The translations under genes and the position numbers were made by a program. The notes beneath the pieces were generated by a model. It did no database searches. It saw nothing but the letters and a program-made list of their open reading frames with translations, and was not told where the DNA came from. A stretch of DNA of 64,000 bases from an uncultured Acidobacteriota bacterium (GTDB lineage: Bacteria > Acidobacteriota > Terriglobia > UBA7540), in NCBI GenBank assembly GCA_963804995.1, contig CAWDSK010000006.1, forward strand, positions 1,440,001 through 1,504,000. The letters are read 5' to 3'. Numbering within the stretch: position 1 is the stretch's first letter; each line of letters begins with the position of its first letter. Positions 51,101-60,242 of this stretch are shown piece after piece.

Positions 51101-51723
51101 AGCGCTCGCTCGCGATGCGCCTTAACCAGATCGGGACTTATCAGGGCGCGCATGTCGTCATCGGTCAACTGCTCAACCTTGCCGACCTCATGGGAGGTGC
51201 GGAAGCCATCGAAGAAATGAATAAAGGGAATACGCGATTCAAGCGCGGCCGCGTGGGCGATGAGCGCGAAGTCCATCGCTTCCTGGACGGAATTGGAAGC
51301 CAGCAGGGCGACGCCGGTGGTCCTCGTGGCCATCACGTCACCGTGGTCCCCGAAGATCGAGAGCGCGTGGGTGGCTACGGTGCGGGCCGTAACGTGCAGC
51401 ACCGTCGCCGTCAATTCGCCCGCGATCTTGAAAAGGTTGGGGATCATCAGCAGCAGACCTTGCGAGGCAGTGAAGGTGGTTCCCAGCGATCCGCCTTGCA
51501 GGGCGCCGTGCAGGGCCCCGGCAGCCCCGCCTTCGCTTTGCATCTCGATCACGTGGGGAATGGTGCCCCAGATGTTGGGCACGCCCTCGGAGGACCATTG
51601 ATCGGACCACTCTCCCATGGGAGAAGAGGGCGTAATAGGATAAATGGCAATCACTTCGCTGACGCGATAGGCCACATATGCCGCAGCCTCATTCCCGTCA
51701 ATCGTTACCTTGCTTCTAGTCAT
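48148..51723 (-). CDS. nifJ: Pyruvate:ferredoxin/flavodoxin oxidoreductase
   Basis: IDGNEAAA, YPITPSS, GSDGTVGANK, two 4Fe-4S motifs, GGDGWAYDIG. Confidence 0.97.
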   Translation of the reverse strand: MTRSKVTIDGNEAAAYVAYRVSEVIAIYPITPSSPMGEWSDQWSSEGVPNIWGTIPHVIEMQSEGGAAGALHGALQGGSLGTTFTASQGLLLMIPNLFKIAGELTATVLHVTARTVATHALSIFGDHGDVMATRTTGVALLASNSVQEAMDFALIAHAAALESRIPFIHFFDGFRTSHEVGKVEQLTDDDMRALISPDLVKAHRERALSPDHPFIRGTAQNPDVFFQARETVNSMYTACPGLVQNAMDKFASQVGRQYHLFDYIGAPDAERVIILMGSGAEAAQETVDYLNARGEKVGALKVHLYRPFSIEHFLSALPPTVKTLATLDRTKEPGSPGEPLYIDVITALSEGVASGKAPFKSAPRVIGGRYGLSSKEFSPAMVKGVFDEMAKPAPQNHFTVGILDDVTNTSLEYDPAFSTEDPKTVRAIFYGLGSDGTVGANKNSIKIIGEDTDNYAQGYFVYDSKKAGSVTISHLRFGPQPIHSTYLITHANFVACHQFSFLEQRDVLKAAVPGATFLLNSSFGPEEVWDHIPRSTQEQIIKKKLRFYVIDGYAVAAETGMGRRINTVMQTCFFAISGVLPRDEAIGAIKHAIEKTYGKRGEKVVQKNFAAVDASLSHLHEVKVPGAATSTFDLRPPVPKQAPAFVRDVLARIIEGEGDSLPVSAMPSDGTFPSATAQWEKRNIALDIPVWDEDLCIQCGKCVLVCPHAVIRAKIYEPALLEKAPPTFKSAAARWKEFKEMKYTLQVAPEDCTGCALCVEICPAKSKSEVKHKAINMAPQLPLREPESANWDFFLGIPEADRRTLSLGQVKDVQLLQPLFEFSGACAGCGETPYIKLVTQLFGDRAMIGNATGCSSIYGANLPTTPYAVNHDGRGPSWSNSLFEDNAEFALGMRLAVDQQNRYARELVKRLQENLGGELVEGLLNADQSTEAGKREQRERVKALKAKLAGLKTFEARDLLNIADTLVKKSVWAFGGDGWAYDIGYGGLDHVLASGHNVNVLVLDTEVYSNTGGQMSKSTPRGAVAKFAAGGKPRPKKDLGMMAMSYGNVYVAEVAMGSSDMQTLKAFLEADAYDGPSLIIAYSHCIAHGYDLVHGCDQQKAAVQSGYWPLYRYNPDLAKLGKNPMQLDSRAPSLPLDKYIYNETRYTMLAHSDPEAAKKLLKLAEEDVHKRWRIYQNMAAMPMNGDAKEVK

Positions 51724-51820
51724 CGTTTCACTCCGTTGTACGAAAGGTATTTTTGCAAATATCGATCCACTAAAACTTATTCCGACTGCGCGGATTGCGC
51801 CAGCCGTGCGCGCCTCCGCG

Positions 51821-53174
51821 TCATGACGATGCGACCCCTTCCCGGGCCAGGCGCCGTCCAATCTCAAGCGTTGCCGCCCATTCCCCCCGGCGCTCGGCGG
51901 GTTCTGCGGTGAGCACGGCCTCCCAGGCTTCCCAAGGCAAAACTGAGTTTTTCTTGAGCCAAGCGGCGATCGCCGCCAGAGCGGCCTGTTTGGGGTTGCC
52001 TTGCTGCCGCAATGGGAGCCTCACCAACCGGCCCGCCGGCGGGGTTCCCTCGATCTGAGAGTCCACGATCAGAAGAGTTTCCTTCCGGCAGGCCGCCAGC
52101 GTGCCGTTAGCTTCCAGTTCTTTCCATCCATCCTGGCTGGCCACCAAAACCACGTCCGGGCTTTCCATGCCGGTGTAGTCGATGGAGTTGGGGCTCAAGC
52201 AGATCTCTGAAAGTGAGAATCCCGAACCCTGCGTCACGGGATTATCGTTCTTCTGCGTACAGTAAAGTCCCGTCGCCAGCGCCACGCGGCAAAACAAGGA
52301 TGCTGCTGACTGAACTCTTTCGCCCGCCGTGCCCGCTACAACCACCCGCACTTCGCCGGCCAAATCAGACGTTGCGTTGATTCGTGGGGGCGTGGGTTTG
52401 GGACTCTTGGGGCGGAGGGATTGTAATTCGTGGCGGTACAATTCCCGGAAGGTCGGCCTTTCCATCTCGCATTGCATCTCGCCCAGGGCATACCCCTGGC
52501 GCATCGAGGATCTCCTGTAACGACCCACCCTTGACCTGGTTCCAGCGGGTTCCGTAGGCGGTGCAGAGTTCGACAATCTCCACCAGAGAGAACCCCGGAA
52601 AATCGATGGCGTCAGCAATCGTCGTGGCTAAATCAGGGCTGGTGGCAAATTGCCGTGCCAGGAAGCTGGCGTGGGCGGTCCGCAGCAGTGCCAGCAAATC
52701 GAGGGGCGGAATCCAATTGCCGTCGGGCGTGGTGGAGGTTACCCAGTTAAGAGGGCTCAAGGCGGAGTGCTGGCCCCCCGTCATGCCGAACATGAAATTG
52801 TTGTGGACCAGCACCGTGACATCCACGTTGAGTTGCGCCGCATGCACCAGGTGCAGCAGGCCGATCATCGCCCCGCCATCGCCAATCATCACGATGGGTT
52901 TGAGGCCAGAGGACTCCTCGGTCGCGTCCGCCAGGGCCATTCCTGTGCCAAAAGCTGTGGAGCGGCCGTGCGTGGTATGAACCGTGTGCAGGTAGGGAAA
53001 CAGCGAGTCGGCCAGACCCACGCAGCCGATATCCGTGGTCAGCACCACCGAGCGGGGCGGAAGTTTCAAGCGCTCGAGCGCATTGCTCAGTTGGCGCACC
53101 ACCAGCGCATGACCGCAGCCACGGCAGTAAGGGAGCTTGGCGTTGGGGGCGAGGTACTGGGCATCCGCCATCAC
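51821..53174 (-). CDS. 2-oxoacid:ferredoxin oxidoreductase beta-gamma fusion, split by a frameshift at ~52500
   Basis: YCRGCGH, DIGC, GDGG, FGMTGGQ; then AGTAGERVQSA, VTQGSGFS in the next frame. Confidence 0.82.
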
Positions 53175-54297
53175 GCTATCGCCCCCCGCACAGCATCAGC
53201 GATTTCACCGGGGGAAATCAGCTTGCCGATTTTGTTGATTCCGTAAACCCGCTTTCCGGAAAGGAACGGAGCCAGGGCGGCGCGATACTGGCCGGTCAGG
53301 TTCTCCTCGGCGACGAATACGGTGTCCACGCTTGCCGCCGCCCAATCGAGCCAACTCCGCGGGATGGGGAAAAGCGTTTGGATCTGCAAGAAGGAGATTC
53401 GCGAACCCTCGCTGCGCAATTTGCTCACGGCCTGGCGAGCGGCACGCGCGGTTACACCATAACTAATGAGCAGGCAGCGCGCCTCCGGATCCAGGTCAGG
53501 TTTGACCAGGGCCATCTCCTCAGCGTGCGCTTCCAGCTTGCGTTGCAAGTGCTGGAGCACTTTGAGGACCTGCGGAGAATTCTTGAGCAGCCGCCCGCGA
53601 TGGTCGTGGGCTGAGCCCGTTACCGTAACCTTGATTTCTCCACCTACCGCCGCGAAACCGGGAACGTCGGCGGGATCGTCGAAACCATAGGGAGCGTAAT
53701 CGGCGTTGGCCGTGGCTTTCTTCCGGTTCACCAGGCTCGGGACCTCAAAGGCATCATCGTCGACAACCTCCGTGGTCATGCCAACTTCCTTGTCCGACAA
53801 GAGCACCACGGGAGTGCGCAGCCTTTCCGACCAGTTGAAAGCATGAACCGCGAGTTCATAGCACTCCGCCGCGTTGCTGGGGGAGAACATCGGCAAGGTG
53901 TAGCCTCCGGAATTGGAGAACTCCGTAAGCCAAATGTCGCCTTGCGCGCCTTGGGTGGCGCCGCCCGTGCTCGGCCCCAGACGTTGCACCATGGCCACCA
54001 CCACCGGCGTCTCGGTCATGAGGGCGTATTGGACGGTCTCAATCATCAACGCCCATCCCGGCCCGGAGGTGGCAGTCATCGCTTTCAAGCCACGCAGGCT
54101 CGCCCCAACGCAATAGCAAAGTGAGGAAATTTCATCGGGAGCAGAGAGGGCAAGACCCCCGCAGGCCAGCAACTCACGCATCATCACTTCGTAGATTTCT
54201 GAAGCAGGAGTTATGGGATAACCGGCGAAGAATCGGCACCCAGCAGCAAGCGCTCCTTCGGCGAGCATTCTATTTCCAGAAGAAAACGTCGTGTCAT
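53171..54297 (-). CDS. 2-oxoacid:ferredoxin oxidoreductase alpha subunit (apparent indel near the start)
   Basis: GNRMLAEGA, FAGYPITP, TATSGPG, GPSTG; ATG 54297 (MTRRFL) is one base out of frame. Confidence 0.85.
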
Positions 54298-54644
54298 CGT
54301 GGCTCACGCCTTGATGAAGCAACAGGAGGGCCAAGAAGGGGGTTGCTGGTGTCAATCTAACTTATTGATATGGATTGGGTTGTATGTTCAGTGTTGAAAT
54401 CTTTAACTGGAATCAGGGACATAAGGGGCCAGAAGACACGGCCATGGCGCGAAATCCACCACGCTGTATGGGCAAATCTCTGACATAATGACCCAATTCG
54501 GCGGATTTGGCAGTGGGTCGGTTTGAGGTAGGGGCAAGCCTCGTGCCTGCTCTCCCCGTCGGCATGGCCGACTTCCGGGTACCCACGGGGTACCCCTACG
54601 ACACGTGCCATGGGCATCTTGCCCATGCCGGGTCACGGGCAGGA

Positions 54645-54773
54645 GAAGGTGTGAAAAAATCGTCTAAAACCTTCTCACCGCAGAGACGCTGAGGCGCAGA
54701 GGAATGAAAATAAAGGTCCTTTTCTCTGCGCCTCAGCGCCTCCGCGGTAAGGATACTATTTCTTCACACCTTC
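54645..54773. mobile_element. 129-bp MITE nested in a REP, GGA TSD
   Basis: GAAGGTGTGAAAAAAT...ATTTCTTCACACCTTC; same family and same host site as 46801-46928. Confidence 0.82.
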
Positions 54774-54825
54774 GGATGCCCGTGGCACAACGCAGGGACC
54801 AGCGGCGCTCGGCCCCCGCGAAAGA

Positions 54826-55050
54826 ATGTCAAAGGGCAAGCCCCTCGATGCGGTGCTCATGGCGGTGGTGGATCTGCTCGCCACCGACGCGACGTTGCCG
54901 CACCGCAACTTCGATCATCCGCTTTCAGGAGCATGGGGCGATTTTCGCGATTGTCATCTCAAGCCCGACCTTATTCTTATCTACCGAAGGCCGGATGCCG
55001 CCAGTCTGGAACTGGTCCGCCTCGGCTCGCACAGCGAGCTTGGCCTGTAG
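54826..55050 (+). pseudogene. yafQ: 5'-truncated YafQ-family toxin
   Basis: DHPLSGAWGDFRDCHLKPDLILIY...LVRLGSHSEL; N-terminus and antitoxin absent. Confidence 0.8.
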
Positions 55051-55496
55051 GCTAAGCGAGCGTTTATACCTCATGAACAAACACCCCAGATCAATCAGGT
55101 GGGTGGCCACGGTGTCGCCGCGGCCGAAAGTCCGCCAATCTTAATGGCGGGCGGCCTTTCGTGACCGTGGGCTTTACCTTCGATCACGAACCCACGGTCA
55201 ATTCTAAAGACGAATTGGCCGTAGCCAATCTCAGGGCTGGCTGGCGCAGAACCGGGTTTCAAGCTCTGCGACTTTCGGATCGGCCGGCTGGCGTAGAGCC
55301 GCCTTTCAAGCTCTGCGGCTATTAGGGGCACACCTGAGTGCCGCGGACATACACAACAGCGGGGTAGCCACGGTCACTGCTTTTGTGACCGTGGGCTTTT
55401 CCTTCGATGACGAGCCCACGGCGGGCTGGCGCAGAGCCGGGTTTCAAGCTCTGCGGCTCTTTCCGCGCCAATCGCTTCGACAGGATTGCCTCAGCG

Positions 55497-55931
55497 CTAG
55501 AGCTGGAGGGCGCGAAGCAATTCCAGATCGGACAGTATTTGAATCCCGCGCGCGGCGCTGAAACGTCGCACTTCTTCCGTGAAAAAATCCGCATCTCGGG
55601 TACAGATGATGTCGGCGTTTCCTGCCAGTGCGGTACCGAGCACGGGTTCGTCCGCTGGATCTCTCAGCAACTTCTCCGGCACGGGCAGAGGATGGACGAG
55701 GGTGGAAACGCGGGCCAGATAATCCAAATACTCGGAAATATCCAGGGAGGTCAGGCCAGAACTCTTCAGAACCCTTGGGTAGGCCAGAATCCGCCGCAGT
55801 TCTTGCAGCAAATACTGTGAAAGGATGAGAACATCAGAGCCTGTGGCCACGGAAAGTAATCCACGGCGGGCAGGACCGTGGGCCAATTGGTGGGCGCGGG
55901 CAAGGACATTGGTGTCGAAAACAATTCTCAC
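55497..55931 (-). CDS. PIN-domain toxin (PIN_3-like)
   Basis: RIVFDTNVL...RDPADEPVLGTA...IICTRDADF. Confidence 0.9.
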   Translation of the reverse strand: MRIVFDTNVLARAHQLAHGPARRGLLSVATGSDVLILSQYLLQELRRILAYPRVLKSSGLTSLDISEYLDYLARVSTLVHPLPVPEKLLRDPADEPVLGTALAGNADIICTRDADFFTEEVRRFSAARGIQILSDLELLRALQL

Positions 55932-56215
55932 TCGCGTTCCCGGTATCCGGGGCGCACGTTGCGAATGGCCTCGTCGAGGGACTCTTCCATTTCCTCAGGA
56001 GATGCGCCCTTTAGTTTTTGGTCAATCCGATGGAAGTGGTCCTCCAAATTGCGCCCCGCTTCCGTGTGAGCTTCTCCTGTGGGGGCGGCGTGGGGGACAA
56101 ATGTCATGATACTTACTTCCTCATCGTCTTGCAGGGAGCGTCCCAACTCCGCCTCCAAAGCGGCGCGAGTCTCGGTTTTAAGCTCACTGGCCCTATGGAT
56201 CAAAAGGCTCGGCAT
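55928..56215 (-). CDS. Putative antitoxin
   Basis: Acidic 95-aa ORF overlapping the PIN start (GTGA), GGAGG RBS. Confidence 0.7.
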   Translation of the reverse strand: MPSLLIHRASELKTETRAALEAELGRSLQDDEEVSIMTFVPHAAPTGEAHTEAGRNLEDHFHRIDQKLKGASPEEMEESLDEAIRNVRPGYRERE

Positions 56216-56289
56216 GATTTCAACCTCCCTCCGGAGTCCGTCACTAAAGTTTAGCATGTCTTAAGGCCCGCAAGTAGCACTGACCTGCT

Positions 56290-56360
56290 GTTCAAGCTTC
56301 GGTCCGGCCGTAATGAGGATGAGATAATTCAGGGGGGGAAGTGTCCGCGATAACAATCAT
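56290..56360 (-). pseudogene. Remnant of a DUF3368-type PIN toxin
   Basis: MIVIADTSP then (after a C7 run) LNYLILI; truncated. Confidence 0.7.
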
Positions 56361-56611
56361 TGGCTGCTGAACTCGCGGCTCGTTTCGGTGTCGCGATCCA
56401 GGTCCTCGAGGGTGGAGTTCAGGTACACACCGTGCTCCTTGAGGAACCCGTCGACCTGCATTCTCGTTCCGTAACCCAGGATTTTCCTGACCTGCTCCTC
56501 GGTGAGTTTGCCGGAGCGATAGCCTTCCAGCGCGAAGCTCTCCAGGAGGGCGCGCGGCAAGTCCTTAAGTTCTCCGGCAATTTCGTCGGGCAGTTCCAAA
56601 GTGATTTGCAT
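56357..56611 (-). CDS. UPF0175-family antitoxin
   Basis: MQITLELPDEIA...ALEGYRSGKLT...FLKEHGV. Confidence 0.88.
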   Translation of the reverse strand: MQITLELPDEIAGELKDLPRALLESFALEGYRSGKLTEEQVRKILGYGTRMQVDGFLKEHGVYLNSTLEDLDRDTETSREFSSQ

Positions 56612-56978
56612 AGGCTGTGGTTACCTCCTTAGCTTCACAACCCTTGCTTCAGAACACCATTTTAGCATCTCGATTGCTCCTGCCCGCACAAAATTACTTG
56701 CGCGGGTAGCGATCATGGTCACTGCTATCGTGACCGTCGGTTTTCCCTTCGATCACAAACCCACGGTCAATTCCCAAGACGAATTGACCGTGGCTACCTC
56801 CGGGTCACACAACCTCAGGCGCCGATCGAAGGGGTGAATGCAATCAAAGGATGTAGGGGTAGGGCTCCCGACTTCGTCGGGACAGGTTGCCCTACCCGGC
56901 GTTCCGCAGGGTGAATGCGGAACCAGGGGGCGGCAAGCCGTCCCCCTACACCTTGCGCAACTCGATCACCAGCTGCGC

Positions 56979-57314
56979 TTACTGGGGCGTGTCATCGCTT
57001 TCTTTTTCGAGGATGTTATTGATGTCGCGTTTTCCGTGCAGTACCCGGACCACCCGAACCCCGCCCTCGTGAGCCAGGTAATAGACGCGCACATCCTCAA
57101 ATCCCTTGACGGGCCAGGATCTCAGACCCCGCAGAGCTTCCCGGGAGAAGCGCTTGGGCGCGCCGCCCTGCGGCGTCCGGATGATCGCCTCCATCGTTCT
57201 CCGCACGGCGCTTAGGAAGCGTTCGGCCACTTTCGCCTTGTCCTGCTCAACCAGGTAGTAGCGGAACTGGCGCAGGATGTCATCCCTCGCCGCTGGGAGG
57301 ATAATCGGTTTCAA
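56979..57314 (-). CDS. parE: ParE/RelE-family toxin
   Basis: AARDDI...GLRSWPVKGF...VRVVRVLHGKRDI. Confidence 0.9.
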   Translation of the reverse strand: MKPIILPAARDDILRQFRYYLVEQDKAKVAERFLSAVRRTMEAIIRTPQGGAPKRFSREALRGLRSWPVKGFEDVRVYYLAHEGGVRVVRVLHGKRDINNILEKESDDTPQ

Positions 57315-57580
57315 TGCTTTTTCCGCGCGCGGTGTTTACGTGCAATCACGGTGGCCTCGTTCTTAAGTTCCCTCCAGAACTCTTTGGTCAGCGGAATTTC
57401 TTCGCCGGATGTCAAGCCTTCAACCAGCAACGCTTCCAGCCTGGCATCCTCCTCCCTGGCCCGAGCTTCGCGCAACAGGGTGCGGAAGTACTCGCTGACG
57501 TTGCCGTAATCCTTGGTGGCAATCTGGCGCTCCACAAAGCCTTTAAGCGACTCGGGGAGGGAGATGGTCACGGTTTTCAT
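57311..57580 (-). CDS. parD: ParD-like RHH antitoxin
   Basis: TISLPESLKGFVERQI...YGNVSEYFRTLLR...LEALLVEGL. Confidence 0.9.
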   Translation of the reverse strand: MKTVTISLPESLKGFVERQIATKDYGNVSEYFRTLLREARAREEDARLEALLVEGLTSGEEIPLTKEFWRELKNEATVIARKHRARKKH

Positions 57581-57967
57581 CGGCGCGCCTCCAATCTTAT
57601 CCTCTTGGTGCATCGTATCCTACCTCTTAACTATTCCCAATAGATAAGATAGCACCGGGTCTGGTCGTTGTAAAGCCGTATCCATAGTTAGTGCATTCGT
57701 GACCGTAGGCTTTCCCTTCGATGGCGAACGCAATTCCCAAGACGAATTGAGAAGGGCAGTGGCGAGTGACAAGTGACGAGTGACGAGTCGAACCGCAAAG
57801 ATTCTTGTGTGAGGCGCCGATCGAAGGGTGAATGCAATCACGAGATGTAGGGGTAGGGCTCCCGACTTCGTCGGGACAGGTTGCCCTACCCGGCGGTCCG
57901 CAGGGTGAATGCGGAACCAGGGACGGTCCGTCGGTTGACGGATTCCCGTACAACCGCCCGCTGCCGC

Positions 57968-58297
57968 TTACGAGGTACAGCCGAGAGAGAAGCCCATGGC
58001 GGCGCAGATTTCTTTCATTCGCTCCGGGCTGAGCAGCGCCACACGACGGCCCAGATGGGCCTTTGACACGGTGACGACGTTGTGCAGATTAACGGCGCAC
58101 GCGCCCTTCATTCCATCCGCTTCGGTCAAGCGGACCTCCGACGGAACACCCCGGATGGTGGAAGTGATGGGGGCCACCGTGACGCCGGACAAGTACGCGA
58201 TCGCGCTCTCCCGCGTGAGCACGACCACGGGTCTCTGCTTGTCCGGACGGGGGAATTGATAGAGGCGAACTTCTCCGCGTGCTATCGCTCCGGCCAT
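57968..58297 (-). CDS. mazF: PemK/MazF-family toxin
   Basis: RGEV...PDKQRPVVVLTR...VTVAPITST. Confidence 0.92.
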   Translation of the reverse strand: MAGAIARGEVRLYQFPRPDKQRPVVVLTRESAIAYLSGVTVAPITSTIRGVPSEVRLTEADGMKGACAVNLHNVVTVSKAHLGRRVALLSPERMKEICAAMGFSLGCTS

Positions 58298-58515
58298 GCT
58301 GCCACCTGTTCCCAATCCGTCGACTCGGCGGAGACATCGGGATGCTCCGCGTAGCCCGTGCGGTCGCGGGCCTCAAGTTCTTGCGACTCGAGACGTTTCA
58401 GGTACAGGCGCAGCGCCTCGCGAACCAGCGCCGAACGGTTCACCCTCGCCCGCCGGGCGGCTCCGTCGGTAGCGCGGAGGAGTGTCGAACCCAGGACAAC
58501 TTGGATGGTTTCCAT
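58282..58515 (-). CDS. RHH (CopG-like) antitoxin
   Basis: METIQVVL...NRSALVREAL...GYAEHP...W. Confidence 0.88.
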   Translation of the reverse strand: METIQVVLGSTLLRATDGAARRARVNRSALVREALRLYLKRLESQELEARDRTGYAEHPDVSAESTDWEQVAAWPER

Positions 58516-58517
58516 AC

Positions 58518-58535
58518 TGTGGAGTATACTCCACA
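58518..58535. promoter_or_regulatory. Palindromic operator overlapping -10 of the RHH-mazF operon
   Basis: Perfect 18-bp palindrome TGTGGAGTATACTCCACA containing TATACT, 2 nt from the ATG. Confidence 0.7.
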
Positions 58536-58949
58536 CTGGACTCAACAGTCTACAGGCGCGTGGGCGGTAGGGGGCTTTGCCACGCAGCGCTTGACCTTAT
58601 ATTCGCCTCCCTGTCGTCGTGACCGTGGGCTTTTCCTATGATGACAAACGCAATTCCAGCCGCTTGAGTTTGATGCGGTCGGCGTGAACCTGGGCAAGGT
58701 CGTAGTGCGCCTGCTGCGTAAGGTGGTAGCCACAGTCAGCGAATTTCTGACTGTGGGCTTTTCTCACACGTGCCTCCCCAATCCGAAGCGGCTGGCCCTC
58801 GCCGGAAGTTCATGTTTTTGGAAAGAAGAACCCGCGGTCAGGAAAGGTCGCCGCGGCGACACCGCGGCTACCAGCTATATCCGGGTCACACAATCTCAGC
58901 CGCCGTTCGAACGGGTGAATGCAATCCGCGTCAACCGACAGGTCCACTG

Positions 58950-59318
58950 TCATGCGGGGTGATAGAGCTTGACTCCTGCAGCTAACGCAGCCCGGGCAAG
59001 TCTTCCGTCCAGTGTCCATAACTGGCAGTTCGAAAGCAGCGCGGAAGCCAGGAGGTGCGCATCGATCCAACCGATGCCGAGGCCCCAAAGCTTGCGGGCT
59101 TCAACCAGCCGCACTACCTCCTCATGGGTTGCGGAAACAGCGGAGGGGAGAGCTTCGAGATCGCTCAGAATGCGCGCCCGGGCCTTCAAATTGCCACATG
59201 CCAGTTCACCCCTGACAAACGGATGCACCATGACGAGGGCCTGGCTGAGCAAATCGCCAAGCTTCGAACCACTTTTACGGAAGTGGGCAATCCAAACTGA
59301 AGTATCAACAAGAATCAT
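58950..59318 (-). CDS. vapC: VapC PIN toxin
   Basis: MILVDTSVWI...HPFVRGELACG...GIGWIDAHLLAS...LWTLD. Confidence 0.93.
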   Translation of the reverse strand: MILVDTSVWIAHFRKSGSKLGDLLSQALVMVHPFVRGELACGNLKARARILSDLEALPSAVSATHEEVVRLVEARKLWGLGIGWIDAHLLASALLSNCQLWTLDGRLARAALAAGVKLYHPA

Positions 59319-59515
59319 CGCTTCGCCCCGGTCCTCCGCCTCGGCACGGAGCGCAACCCGGGCTCGGAGCCACCCAGCGCGGCCAAACGTCGAGCGGCTT
59401 CGCGCGCAATCAAAGCCTCTAACCCGGCCCGCACCAATGCGGTCTTTTTCCGGATCCCGGTCAATTGACTGGCGTGCTCCAACAGATTCTGATCGATAAT
59501 AAGTGTTGTCCTCAT
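59315..59515 (-). CDS. vapB: VapB antitoxin
   Basis: MRTTLIIDQNLL...KTALVRAGLEALIAREAARRLAALGGS. Confidence 0.92.
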   Translation of the reverse strand: MRTTLIIDQNLLEHASQLTGIRKKTALVRAGLEALIAREAARRLAALGGSEPGLRSVPRRRTGAKR

Positions 59516-59711
59516 ATGCCTGAGTATGCATGATTGATGCATATTGGTCAAACCCTATCGCGAGTTCGGCGGGCTGGCGTACCTGAGGCACTCCGGGTTG
59601 GGGACCATCAGAACCGGTCGGCGCTACTTGCTGGACGCCGCCAATTGGCGAGGCAGATTCGCCCCCTGAAGATCAAGGTGAACCGCTGTCGGGGATTTCG
59701 CTGCCGGGCTT

Positions 59712-60242
59712 TCAGGGACCGTCTTTGGAGATGACAAATACCGGCCTGCGCATCCGGGAGTCCGCCACGCGCGGGAAAGGTATCCAGTTGAAGGATGGAA
59801 TCAAACGGTGATACGGGCCAAATAACTTTACGACCAGCATGGCATACGAGAGAAGGATCTGAAAGCGCATGGTGAGCCAGAGCAGGCGCCAGCTCGCCAT
59901 GGAGTCGACCCCCGCCACCTCATCGGGCGCAAGCTCTGGCGACCGGATCAATTCACTGAACGATTCCTGCAAAGCTTTCAGCCAATGGAGTGCCAGTTGT
60001 TTGCGGGCGCGAGCCAAGGAATCCGCCAGCTTGGGGAAGGCGAGATCCTGGCGCAACCAGCGATCATCAGAGGGATCGAAGATGCGTTCCGAAAGATCCA
60101 GCCAGCGGGCATTCCCGAAATGCGGGGCGCAGTTCTTTTCGGGCACCCCCTCATCCCTTTTTTCAGTCCGGGTCCTGGTGAGTAACGCCAAGATCAGGAC
60201 GAGGAAGGCAATCGCAACGGTGACGTAGATTAGAGTTATCAT
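59712..60242 (-). CDS. Membrane-anchored hypothetical protein
   Basis: N-terminal TM, RIFDPSDDRWL, helical body; ATGA overlap with the upstream gene. Confidence 0.8.
   Translation of the reverse strand: MITLIYVTVAIAFLVLILALLTRTRTEKRDEGVPEKNCAPHFGNARWLDLSERIFDPSDDRWLRQDLAFPKLADSLARARKQLALHWLKALQESFSELIRSPELAPDEVAGVDSMASWRLLWLTMRFQILLSYAMLVVKLFGPYHRLIPSFNWIPFPRVADSRMRRPVFVISKDGP

Noticed and set aside
48736..51912. Long plus-strand ORFs (451 aa, 374 aa)
   Set aside because: Antisense shadows of nifJ, typical of high-GC DNA
55095..58945. Classical integron attC sites
   Set aside because: No convincing RYYYAAC/GTTRRRY-bounded hairpins found by eye and no intI in the window; kept only as an analogy
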